Position numbers and translations under genes: made by a program
Part shown: in pieces, positions 55,926 to 64,000 of the stretch
How positions within the stretch are numbered: position 1 is the stretch's first letter
How the letters are laid out: the number at the start of each line of letters is the position of its first letter
The notes under the pieces: generated by a model
What the model saw: only the letters and a program-made list of their open reading frames with translations
What the model was told of the DNA's origin: nothing
The model's database searches: none
Source: an uncultured Bacilli bacterium
Lineage (GTDB): Bacteria; Bacillota_I; Bacilli_A; RF39; UBA660
Length of the DNA stretch: 64,000 nt
Reading direction: 5' to 3'
NCBI GenBank assembly: GCA_934120015.1
Contig: CAKOTD010000004.1
Span: forward strand, 5,338-69,337

Positions 55926-56093
55926 ATGAAAAAAAATAAAATGAACAATACTAGTGTTAATTCTAAGACTAGTAAGACAATAAATTCAAAAAGTCAGAAA
56001 AATATAGGCTTTGAAACTGATGCTAAAGCCACTGAATCATTTAAATATGATGAAAATGCTGACCATTCTTTTGAATTAAAAGATTGTAAATAA
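55926..56093 (+). CDS. 55-aa hydrophilic protein (below the ORF-track cutoff)
   Basis: MKKNKMNNTSVNSKTSKTINSKSQKNIGFETDAKATESFKYDENADHSFELKDCK. GGGTGA RBS; followed by a strong terminator. Confidence 0.4.
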   Translation: MKKNKMNNTSVNSKTSKTINSKSQKNIGFETDAKATESFKYDENADHSFELKDCK

Positions 56094-56096
56094 CCC

Positions 56097-56129
56097 AAAA
56101 GTATAACTATATTTTAGTTATACTTTTTT
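56097..56129. terminator. Bidirectional terminator between convergent genes
   Basis: AAAAGTATAACT-atatttt-AGTTATACTTTT, a 12-bp stem with A and T runs on both sides. Confidence 0.75.
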
Positions 56130-56132
56130 CTA

Positions 56133-56882
56133 TTAAAATACTAGATGTGTAATTAATGTTACTACACAACCTATAATTATAAATAATATACTATATAGTC
56201 TATTATTATATTTAAGTGATTCAGTAATAAGTTCTTTTACTGAAATTCTGAACATTATTCCAGCTATAATTGCAAACAAGCAGCCTAATATTAAATTATT
56301 TATAAAGGATTTCAGAAATAAAAAAGCAAGTAGGGCACCAAATGGTTCTGATAATGCAGAAATCAATGTATAGAAGAAGGCTTTTCCCCTACTTTTCGTT
56401 GAATAATATATTGGTATTGATATGCTGATTCCTTCAGGAATATTATGAAATGCAATAGCAAGTGTAAGTGAAATTCCTAATTTTATATTACTACTAGTTG
56501 CCATAAATGTTGCTATTCCTTCAGGTATATTATGTATTATGATAGCAACCATACTAATTAAACCTACTCTATATAAACCTTCTCTACTCTTCTCTTCTGG
56601 CAAATATTTATCGATAATCATTGATAAAATAGCTCCAATGCAAAAGAATATACCTATGATTAATAAGCATGGAATATAATAAAAATAATCATTTAATAAA
56701 TTATATGATTCTGGAATTAAATCCAGGAATGATATAGATATCATAACTCCTGCCGCAAAAGCTAAAGAACCACAAATTATGTTGTTTTTATTCTTAAAAT
56801 TAAAGAAAATTAATATTGTACCGATTAAGGTTGCTAAACCAGCAATTGACGGAAGTAAAAAGGCATAAAAATTAACATTCAT
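56133..56882 (-). CDS. zupT: ZIP-family zinc transporter ZupT
   Basis: Eight-TM layout with two HNIPEG motifs. Confidence 0.88.
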   Translation of the reverse strand: MNVNFYAFLLPSIAGLATLIGTILIFFNFKNKNNIICGSLAFAAGVMISISFLDLIPESYNLLNDYFYYIPCLLIIGIFFCIGAILSMIIDKYLPEEKSREGLYRVGLISMVAIIIHNIPEGIATFMATSSNIKLGISLTLAIAFHNIPEGISISIPIYYSTKSRGKAFFYTLISALSEPFGALLAFLFLKSFINNLILGCLFAIIAGIMFRISVKELITESLKYNNRLYSILFIIIGCVVTLITHLVF

Positions 56883-56930
56883 AATATCACCTTAGTTTAA
56901 TACTATGAAAATAACTATCAAATTTGATAG

Positions 56931-57287
56931 TTATTTTAAATATTCTTTTACAATTTTAATAATTCTTTCGGCCTCAGCCATTAAATTATCGAAATTATCA
57001 TTTACATACGCTATATCACTTTCTTTACTCTTCATTTCATGATTAAAAGATAATTCGGCTAATTCTGTAAATCCTAAATATTTTGAATCACTCTTCATTG
57101 CGTGTACCAAAATTGCATAGTTTTGCATATCACCATCTTCTTTATATAATTTTAATTTAGGTAAACGCGTTTCAGACTCGATTATAAAATCGTTTAATGT
57201 TTCATTATACATTTCTATATCACCAAGTATTTCTAGTCCTTGGTCTACATTAATTCCATTATCTTTAAGTATATTAATATCTCTCAT
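56931..57287 (-). CDS. Hpt (histidine phosphotransfer) domain protein
   Basis: 118 aa, VHAMKSDSKYLG phosphoacceptor His motif. Confidence 0.8.
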   Translation of the reverse strand: MRDINILKDNGINVDQGLEILGDIEMYNETLNDFIIESETRLPKLKLYKEDGDMQNYAILVHAMKSDSKYLGFTELAELSFNHEMKSKESDIAYVNDNFDNLMAEAERIIKIVKEYLK

Positions 57288-57296
57288 ATTTTCCTC

Positions 57297-59489
57297 CTAT
57301 TTATTTAAATATTTTTTTAAAACTCTATTTAACTCATTGTTATCTATCGGTTTTGATAAATAATCATCAAATCCTTTACTTAAATACTCTTGTTTTTTTC
57401 CAACAATAGCATCTGCTGTTAAAACTACAACAGGAATATTAAAACCTTTTAATTTTTTAAACTCACTTAGTGTTTTGGTACCATCCATTTCTGGCATCAT
57501 TTGATCCAATAAAATAAGATCAATATTTTCCAAATTATCAGTAACATATTTAACTGCATCATTTCCATTATCAGCAGAGTTAAATGTTATATTATATGGT
57601 TTTAATAATTTCTGAGCTACTTTAATATTTAATTTATTATCATCTACTACAAAAACATTTTTACCTTTTGCATCAAATGTATTAATTTTTTTCTTTTCAA
57701 AAATATATGTTTCTATATCACCAACAGGTGTGCTATCTATTATTTTTTGTTCAACAGATATATTAATTGTAGTACCTTTTCCAACTTCACTTTCAGCGGC
57801 AATTTCACCTTTCATTAAATCAATCAACTTTTTACTAATCGATAATCCCATACCTTCAATATATTGATTATCATTTTTTACAACTTTTTTTGAATCATCA
57901 AATAACCTACTTAATTTTTCAGGTTCTATTCCTACACCAGTATCAATTATTGAGACGTTAAGATAAAAAAGTGTTTTTTCCTTTTTAAAATCAATTTTGA
58001 TTTTAATATAACCATCATTTGTAAATTTAATAGAATTATTTATTATATTCATAATAATTTGACGAATTTTACCACTATCTCCGCATAATATCGTAGGTAA
58101 TTTTTCATTGCACTCTAAATAAAACTTAACTTTATTTAAATCCATATTTTTTTTAGTGACAGTCTCAATTTCCTTGAAAAACTTTGCAGTATTATATTCT
58201 TTTTCTTCAATGGTCATAATTCCTTCCTCAATTTTGGATATATCTAAAATACCATCTATAATTTCAAGAACATTATGACTTGCATCATTAATATTTTGAA
58301 TATCTTCTTTTATATTACTATCCAGTTTTTCTTCTAGTACAGAAGTGCTAAGACCAACTATGGCATTCATTGGAGTTCTTATTTCATGGGACATGATTGC
58401 TAAAAATTCATCCTTTGCCTTATTTGCTTTTTTCGAATCATCTAATGCTTCTTGCAACATAATGTTTTGCTTACGAATAAATTCTGCATTTTCAGTTACG
58501 TTTTTAGTTAAAATTATTACATGCATTTCTCCTCTACTTGTAGTAAAGAAAGCTGTACTTTCAAGCCATACTATATCTTTTTCATTATTTGTTCTATATC
58601 TAATAATTAATGGCTCAAACTCTTTTTTTTCATATAAATTCATAAACTTATTAATTGAAAACATCTTTTTTACATCTTTTAAGTCATTTTTATTAACATA
58701 GTTATCAAAAATAGAATCAAAATCAAGAACATAATTTCCACTTCTATTTTCTCCTAAATAATTAATATTTGATTTTAAGTTCTTAACAGTAAAGTCCTTG
58801 CTAGAAACATTAATATCTATTTCAACGTCATATGATGTGCTTGTTATTTGATTCAATTGTCTTTCTCTTGTTTTAATGTCACTTGCTTGAGATACTAATA
58901 AATGTTGTTGATCATGTTCTTTTGTAACATCAGAAATTAAAATAACATGATATTTTTTCTTTTTATCCTTAAATGGATATATTTTCACTTTAATCCATCT
59001 TACATGCTGATATTCTGGTTTCTTATAAGAAAGCATTTGACTTACAAATTCATCTTTTCTATTCCAATCATCCATTTCACTTCTTAAAACAGGATGATTT
59101 AACAAATCATCTATAACTTTTGTTTCAGTTTTATCTGTATCATTTAATTTGACTCCTAAAACTTCTTCCACATTCTTTGTTATATAGGTATACTCGTGAT
59201 TATTAACATTATACATTATATATATAGTATCAGAATTAATAACTAAAGAATTAAATAATTTATCACGATGTTTTAATTCTTTAGATTTTTTTCTTCCAAA
59301 AACAAAATTTTTAATAAAAAATATAATTATTAATAAAGCTATTAAACTAAATGTTATTATAAATATTTTATCTTTAAAAATTTCTACACTAAATCCATTA
59401 ATATTAATATTATAATACACTAAGTAACACCCTAATAGTATAAATATAATTAAAATAAATATAAATATCTCTTTGAATTGTTTTGACAT
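57297..59489 (-). CDS. Hybrid sensor histidine kinase / response regulator
   Basis: Two N-terminal TM helices, PAS-like region, H-box MSHEIRTPMNAI, HATPase (N, G1, G2 boxes), C-terminal REC (VFVVDDN...LILLDQMMPEMDG...LTA...K). Confidence 0.88.
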   Translation of the reverse strand: MSKQFKEIFIFILIIFILLGCYLVYYNININGFSVEIFKDKIFIITFSLIALLIIIFFIKNFVFGRKKSKELKHRDKLFNSLVINSDTIYIMYNVNNHEYTYITKNVEEVLGVKLNDTDKTETKVIDDLLNHPVLRSEMDDWNRKDEFVSQMLSYKKPEYQHVRWIKVKIYPFKDKKKKYHVILISDVTKEHDQQHLLVSQASDIKTRERQLNQITSTSYDVEIDINVSSKDFTVKNLKSNINYLGENRSGNYVLDFDSIFDNYVNKNDLKDVKKMFSINKFMNLYEKKEFEPLIIRYRTNNEKDIVWLESTAFFTTSRGEMHVIILTKNVTENAEFIRKQNIMLQEALDDSKKANKAKDEFLAIMSHEIRTPMNAIVGLSTSVLEEKLDSNIKEDIQNINDASHNVLEIIDGILDISKIEEGIMTIEEKEYNTAKFFKEIETVTKKNMDLNKVKFYLECNEKLPTILCGDSGKIRQIIMNIINNSIKFTNDGYIKIKIDFKKEKTLFYLNVSIIDTGVGIEPEKLSRLFDDSKKVVKNDNQYIEGMGLSISKKLIDLMKGEIAAESEVGKGTTINISVEQKIIDSTPVGDIETYIFEKKKINTFDAKGKNVFVVDDNKLNIKVAQKLLKPYNITFNSADNGNDAVKYVTDNLENIDLILLDQMMPEMDGTKTLSEFKKLKGFNIPVVVLTADAIVGKKQEYLSKGFDDYLSKPIDNNELNRVLKKYLNK

Positions 59490-59569
59490 GTATATCCTCC
59501 TTTATTATCTATATAGATTATATCATATTTTATATAATATAAAAAGAAAAAATTAAAACAAAAAAAGGC

Positions 59570-60952
59570 TTATGCCTTTTCATTTAAAAATTCATTAATT
59601 ATATTTGTAAATTCGTTTTCCAAATTTTTTAACAATTCTTTTTTATTTGCTTCAAATCTCATTGTAATGTTTGGACCTGTGTTTGATGCTCTAACCAAAG
59701 CCCAACCATAATCAAAATTAATTCTTACACCATCTAGTTCACAAGTATCATATTTTCTTTTGCGTGCGTACTTTTTTACATAATCAACTAATTTAAATTT
59801 TTTATCATCGGGAACAGCAATTTTTACTTCTTCAGTGGAATAATATTTATTAATACCTTTTAATAATTCACTTAGCTTTTTATCAGTATTTGATAGTATT
59901 TCAATCATTCTAAGTCCCGCATATATACCATCATCAATTCCTGGAAATTTATCTCTAAAATAAATGTGTCCTGAATATTCACCACCAAAATCAAAATCCC
60001 CATCCTGCATCATTCTGCAGGTATATGAGTTCCCAGTACGATACATTACTGGCTCTATATTTAATTTTATAAGTTCATCTATAAGTGATTTTGAACACTT
60101 AACATCAAACATAATCTTTTTATTTTTCATTTTAGTTACAATGTTTCTTGCTACAATTAACATATATAAATCTGCCGGTATTACTTTCCCAGTTTCATCA
60201 ACTATCCCTACTCTATCAGCATCACCATCTATACCAATTCCGATATCATAACCTAATTCTTTTACTTTTTTTGACAAGTCTTTTAGATTTTTAGATACAG
60301 AAGGATCAGGATGATGATTTGGGAAATTACCATCACTATCACAATATAATGGATAATACTCAATACCTAACTCATTAAAGATATCTTTTATTATAATAGA
60401 TCCTGTCCCATTTCCACAATCAACAACAGCTTTAATTTTCTTATTGCCGAGTTTAATTGACTTTTTTATTAGCTCAAGATAGTCATCTTTTATATTACGA
60501 GTAATTTCTATGCCATACCCATCAATAAAATTTTGCCTCATAGTAAAATCTAAAAAATCTAAAATTAATTTTCCGTAGGCATTTCCCTTCTCATCAAATG
60601 CCATTTTAAACCCATTATCATCTTTAGGATTATGACTGGCTGTAACCATTATTCCAGTTTTAATATTATAAAATTTTCTTGCATAATAATACATAGGGGT
60701 TGTTACTAAGCCAAGATTTATAACATTTACTCCTGTCGATAAAATACCTTTAATCAAGGCATCTGTTAACAAAGGAGATGATAAACGATTATCATGACCT
60801 ATTATTGTTTCCATGCAGTCCATCTTTCTTATATAAGAACCAAAACTTTTACCAATAGTATATGCAACATCTTCATTTAGATCTTGTCCATATATTCCTC
60901 TTATATCATATTCCCTAAAAATATTTTTATTTATCTTTGTAGTTAATTTCAT
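59570..60952 (-). CDS. Phosphomannomutase/phosphoglucomutase-family enzyme
   Basis: FREYDIRG, active-site TASHNPKDDNG, metal loop GIDGDADR. Confidence 0.85.
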   Translation of the reverse strand: MKLTTKINKNIFREYDIRGIYGQDLNEDVAYTIGKSFGSYIRKMDCMETIIGHDNRLSSPLLTDALIKGILSTGVNVINLGLVTTPMYYYARKFYNIKTGIMVTASHNPKDDNGFKMAFDEKGNAYGKLILDFLDFTMRQNFIDGYGIEITRNIKDDYLELIKKSIKLGNKKIKAVVDCGNGTGSIIIKDIFNELGIEYYPLYCDSDGNFPNHHPDPSVSKNLKDLSKKVKELGYDIGIGIDGDADRVGIVDETGKVIPADLYMLIVARNIVTKMKNKKIMFDVKCSKSLIDELIKLNIEPVMYRTGNSYTCRMMQDGDFDFGGEYSGHIYFRDKFPGIDDGIYAGLRMIEILSNTDKKLSELLKGINKYYSTEEVKIAVPDDKKFKLVDYVKKYARKRKYDTCELDGVRINFDYGWALVRASNTGPNITMRFEANKKELLKNLENEFTNIINEFLNEKA

Positions 60953-60962
60953 ATTTCCACCT

Positions 60963-62114
60963 CTATTTTAATCTTTCTAAAAAACTTTTTCCATTCTCTA
61001 TTTTTATATCAAAGTTATCAGCTATAGTAGCTCCAATGTCTGATAATGTTTGAAGATATGGTAATTCATCTGAATCTTTGAATTTTGGACTATATACTAA
61101 CACTGGAACATTTTCACGGGTATGATCAATTCCAGAATAAGTCGGATCATTTCCCTGTTCAGAAGTAAATATCACAATATCATTTACCCCAATGTTTTTT
61201 AGTAACAATGGGATTAAATGATCATAACTTTTAAGTACATTAGCGTATTTTTCAGGATTTCTTCTATGACCACAAATATTTAAATCACTAAGATTGGCTA
61301 TACATAATCCATTGAAATTAAATGTAGATGCTCCTATTAATTTTTTCACACTATCTAAATCATTATTAGTGAGACACATGTTTGTTATTTCATTTATGTT
61401 AAATACTTTATTAGCTTTCCCTATTGTTATAATTTTTAATCCTTTTTTCTTCATCTTATATAGTAAATCACTATTTTTTTCTTTAAAAGATATTATATTG
61501 CAATTTTTATCAAGCATAAATAGATTATTTGTCCCTTTAAAATTATATACACATATCTTATTAATAAAGTATTTTTCTCCTAATATATCATTAAATATTT
61601 GTCCAATTTTAGTTAAACCATTTAAAGGAATTATTGATTCATGTGCATATATATTTAATGTATAATAATTATAGTTAATAATAATATTACCATTTCTTAT
61701 ATTATCTGTTCCATATTTTTTTAACATGTCATCTATATTATTTGTATCCGATATAACAATTTTACGATCTATTTCTGTTTCAAGTAAATTCCGTAAATCT
61801 TTATCAAGATATTTTAAATCAAATTTTTGATACCTTTTTTCCAATTTATTGCCAATCATTTCCTGCATACTTATTACTGAACATTTATTTTTTGAATAAG
61901 GAATACCTTTGGTATAATAACCAATTGTTTTATAGTCACCATCATCAAATAATTTAAATAAGCCTAAAGCTTTAAAATTAGGAAGTTCTATATTGTAATT
62001 TTTTAGAGTATTCAAAAGTGAATTAGAGGTTCCATCACCATAGTTATCCGAATCTTTAGTTGCCCCTATGCCAAAGGAATCTAATATAATTAAAAAAATT
62101 CTTCTAAATTTCAT
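60963..62114 (-). CDS. deoB: Phosphopentomutase
   Basis: RIFLIILDSFGIG N-terminus, alkaline-phosphatase-superfamily layout, xerD-deoB synteny as in B. subtilis (ripX-drm). Internal ATG with an AGGAGG RBS preferred over the TTG at 62153. Confidence 0.8.
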   Translation of the reverse strand: MKFRRIFLIILDSFGIGATKDSDNYGDGTSNSLLNTLKNYNIELPNFKALGLFKLFDDGDYKTIGYYTKGIPYSKNKCSVISMQEMIGNKLEKRYQKFDLKYLDKDLRNLLETEIDRKIVISDTNNIDDMLKKYGTDNIRNGNIIINYNYYTLNIYAHESIIPLNGLTKIGQIFNDILGEKYFINKICVYNFKGTNNLFMLDKNCNIISFKEKNSDLLYKMKKKGLKIITIGKANKVFNINEITNMCLTNNDLDSVKKLIGASTFNFNGLCIANLSDLNICGHRRNPEKYANVLKSYDHLIPLLLKNIGVNDIVIFTSEQGNDPTYSGIDHTRENVPVLVYSPKFKDSDELPYLQTLSDIGATIADNFDIKIENGKSFLERLK

Positions 62115-62134
62115 ATATTTCCTCCTATTATATT

Positions 62135-63010
62135 TTATCCATGTGGATGACAACTATGATAATTTTTTAAAGTTGTTTTTTTTGAAATATTTGTATATAT
62201 CTGTGTAGTTGAGATACTAGAATGTCCTAACAACTCTTGAATGCTTCTAAGATCAGCACCATTTTCAAGTAAGTGTGTAGCAAAAGAATGCCTAAGTGTA
62301 TGCGGTGAAAATGATTTGTTAATATTTTTTTCAAGTGCTAGTTTTTGTAATAATTTAAAAAATGCTTGCCTAGATATTTTGTCACCATGATTATTTAAAA
62401 ATAAGTAATCACTTGATTTGTTTTTTGAAAGCCATCCTCTTGCATTTTCAAGATAAAGTTTAACTGCAGAAGCTGCATAATCACTAATAGGTATAATTCT
62501 TTCTTTACTCCCTTTTCCAAATACTCGTATAGTATTATTTTCATAATTAATATCATGCATACTTACATTAACTAATTCACTTACACGAAGTCCACTGGCA
62601 TACATAAGCTCTAACATAGCTTTATTACGATAATCATAATAATCTTTTAACTCTATATTGAGAAGATTATCTACATCTTCATATGATAATACTTTAGGTA
62701 TATTTTTTGAAAGCTTAGGTCTTTGTACCTGCTGCATCGGATTAATTTTTAAACCTTTGTATCTCATCAAAAATTTATAAAAACTTTTTAATATAGATAT
62801 ATGATTAGATATAGTAGATACATTATAATTTTGATCATATAAATGTTTTAAGTAGTTAGTAATTTTCTCATAAGTAATTTCCTTTACATTACAATTATTA
62901 TAAAAAACACTGAACTGATTTAAACAAAAATCGTATCTACATATAGTATTATCACTATATTTTCTATCTACCTGCAAGTATATTTTAAATGACTCAATCA
63001 AATCATGCAT
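62135..63010 (-). CDS. xerD: Tyrosine recombinase XerD (RipX-like)
   Basis: SGLRVSELV, HTLRHSFATHLLENGADLRSIQELLGHSSISTTQIYT. Position upstream of deoB. Confidence 0.8.
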   Translation of the reverse strand: MHDLIESFKIYLQVDRKYSDNTICRYDFCLNQFSVFYNNCNVKEITYEKITNYLKHLYDQNYNVSTISNHISILKSFYKFLMRYKGLKINPMQQVQRPKLSKNIPKVLSYEDVDNLLNIELKDYYDYRNKAMLELMYASGLRVSELVNVSMHDINYENNTIRVFGKGSKERIIPISDYAASAVKLYLENARGWLSKNKSSDYLFLNNHGDKISRQAFFKLLQKLALEKNINKSFSPHTLRHSFATHLLENGADLRSIQELLGHSSISTTQIYTNISKKTTLKNYHSCHPHG

Positions 63011-63092
63011 TTACTCCCACCTATTATAATTATAACAAAAAGTCTTTGATTTTTCTACCTTTTTTGTTAAAATAATATATAGGTGATGTAAA

Positions 63093-64000
63093 ATGAATGA
63101 ACCACTAGCGTCAATGTTAAGACCAACTTGTTTAAAAGAAATTTATGGTCAAAAACATTTAATTGGAGAAGGAAAAATATTGTCAAATCTAATTAATAAT
63201 AATAAAATTTTTTCTATGATTTTATATGGTAAGCCTGGAACAGGAAAAACTAGTTTGGCTCTTGCTATCGTAAACGAATTGAAACTAAAATATAGATTAT
63301 TAAATGCCGTTATAAATAATAAAAAAGACTTTGATATTGTTGTTGAGGAAGCCAAAATGTACAAAGGAATTGTAGTAATAATGGATGAAATACATCGTTT
63401 AAACAAAGATAAACAAGATCTTTTGCTTCCTTACCTTGAAAGCGGTTTAATTACTTTAATTGGTGTAACAACCTCTAATCCTTATCATAAAATTAATCCT
63501 GCAATAAGAAGCAGATGCCAAATATATGAAGTTCATTCTTTAGATTCAGAGGATATTATTGAAGCACTTAAAAATGCTACAAAGTCAGAATACTTAAAGG
63601 ATATTATTATAGATGATGAGGCAATTGAATTTATTGCTAATTTATCTAGTGGAGATTTAAGATATGCATATAATATGCTTGAAGTAGCATATTATTCAGC
63701 AACAAATCATACTATTAATAAAGATTTTCTTAAGACTATAAACAATAAACCTTCTTTTTTTCATGATAAAAATGAAGATGGCTATTATGATGTTTTGAGT
63801 GCATTTCAAAAGTCTATCAGAGGCAGTGATGTCAATGCAGCACTTCATTATTTAGGAAGAATGATTGAAGCCGAAGATTTTGAAAGTATATATCGTCGAA
63901 TGACTGTTATAGCTTATGAAGATATAGGGCTTGCTAATCCATCAATTGGGCCTAAGGTAGAGGCCGCTATTAATGCTTGTGAAAGGCTTGGCATGCCAGA
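63093..64000 (+). CDS. rarA: Replication-associated recombination protein A (RarA/MgsA AAA+ ATPase), 3'-truncated by the window end
   Basis: Not in the ORF track because no stop is reached. MNEPLASMLRPTCLKEIYGQKHLIGEGK...ILYGKPGTGKTSLA...VVIMDEIHRLNK...LITLIGVTTSNP. Confidence 0.85.
   Translation, partial: MNEPLASMLRPTCLKEIYGQKHLIGEGKILSNLINNNKIFSMILYGKPGTGKTSLALAIVNELKLKYRLLNAVINNKKDFDIVVEEAKMYKGIVVIMDEIHRLNKDKQDLLLPYLESGLITLIGVTTSNPYHKINPAIRSRCQIYEVHSLDSEDIIEALKNATKSEYLKDIIIDDEAIEFIANLSSGDLRYAYNMLEVAYYSATNHTINKDFLKTINNKPSFFHDKNEDGYYDVLSAFQKSIRGSDVNAALHYLGRMIEAEDFESIYRRMTVIAYEDIGLANPSIGPKVEAAINACERLGMP

Noticed and set aside
6273-61665. About 35 tracked ORFs of 60-152 aa lying antisense to, or out of frame within, well-supported genes. 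Examples: 6273-6464, 7255-7548, 9760-9990, 10839-11030, 13432-13890, 16288-16874, 18084-19193, 21333-21587, 22480-23472, 25802-26014, 27449-27637, 30034-30240, 32266-32496, 33553-33789, 35604-36348, 37317-37544, 38886-39173, 41632-41913, 45072-45260, 47434-47643, 48426-48650, 49772-50965, 51670-52115, 58345-58701, 59964-60251, 61294-61665.
   Set aside because: Their translations are I/L/F/S/K-rich low-complexity strings typical of shadow frames in AT-rich DNA. They lack RBSs, and each overlaps a gene with clear family motifs.
62101-62160. A one-nucleotide disagreement between my hand count of the printed line and the ORF-track coordinates. The stop of the 62135 ORF and the start of the 62153 ORF appear 1 nt to the right.
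   Set aside because: This is almost certainly my counting error or a display issue, because anchors at 60963 and 63010 agree with the track. I used the track coordinates. My hand-derived coordinates for non-CDS features agreed with every other ORF anchor I tested (2311, 14518, 41908, 44344, 46307, 46778, 52239, 54682, 55785, 56133), but they may still be off by 1-2 nt.
63149-63406. Minus-strand 85-aa ORF.
   Set aside because: It lies antisense to an unterminated plus-strand frame starting at 63093 that encodes an unmistakable RarA/MgsA AAA+ ATPase. The ORF track omitted that gene because it runs off the window.

Overview
Visibly AT-rich chromosomal DNA (by eye well under 30% GC, not computed) from a low-GC endospore-forming Bacillota, possibly Erysipelotrichia- or Clostridia-like; that taxon guess is inference only. 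All calls come from reading the ORF translations and the DNA by eye; no searches were run.

Positions 1-46300 are mostly plus-strand housekeeping and sporulation genes: yidD, rnc, yebC-family, dnaB-dnaI, rpsF-ssb-rpsR, T-box-thrS, spoIIIAH-like, gerE, gerM-like, a cysteine desulfurase/thioredoxin cluster, priA, fmt, ylbJ, ylbL-like, mutS, nusB, xseAB, spoIVB, spoIIM and mnmA, plus two tRNAs.

Accessory content:
1. A divergent type IV pilus-like locus at 22-27 kb. It has a GspE/PilB ATPase, a small prepilin, and an 897-aa prepilin-like protein with a glycine-rich domain and two FN3 repeats.
2. A membrane protein, amidoligase-like protein and radical SAM/SPASM trio at 37-40 kb.
3. A 2.36-kb tyrosine-recombinase plus IS91-type (HUH-Y2) element bounded by about 30-bp imperfect inverted repeats (41982-44340).
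4. The main finding: a roughly 9.4-kb filamentous (inovirus-like) prophage at 46376-55849. It carries an XRE switch, a run of small membrane proteins, a pIII-like secreted anchored protein, a pI/Zot-like ATPase, and a pC194-type HUH Rep with a CTTGATA nick motif. It has no capsid, terminase, tail, lysis or integrase genes. It is bracketed by a canonical 28-bp dif site (55822-55849) and a hybrid dif-like site with a degenerate XerD arm (46376-46403). That makes it a candidate Xer-exploiting integrative element (IMEX).

Coding-strand polarity flips from plus to minus across this block, and xerD lies 6 kb away, so the window probably spans the replication terminus. Positions 56-63 kb are minus-strand genes (zupT, Hpt, hybrid histidine kinase, PMM/PGM, deoB, xerD), followed by a partial rarA on the plus strand.
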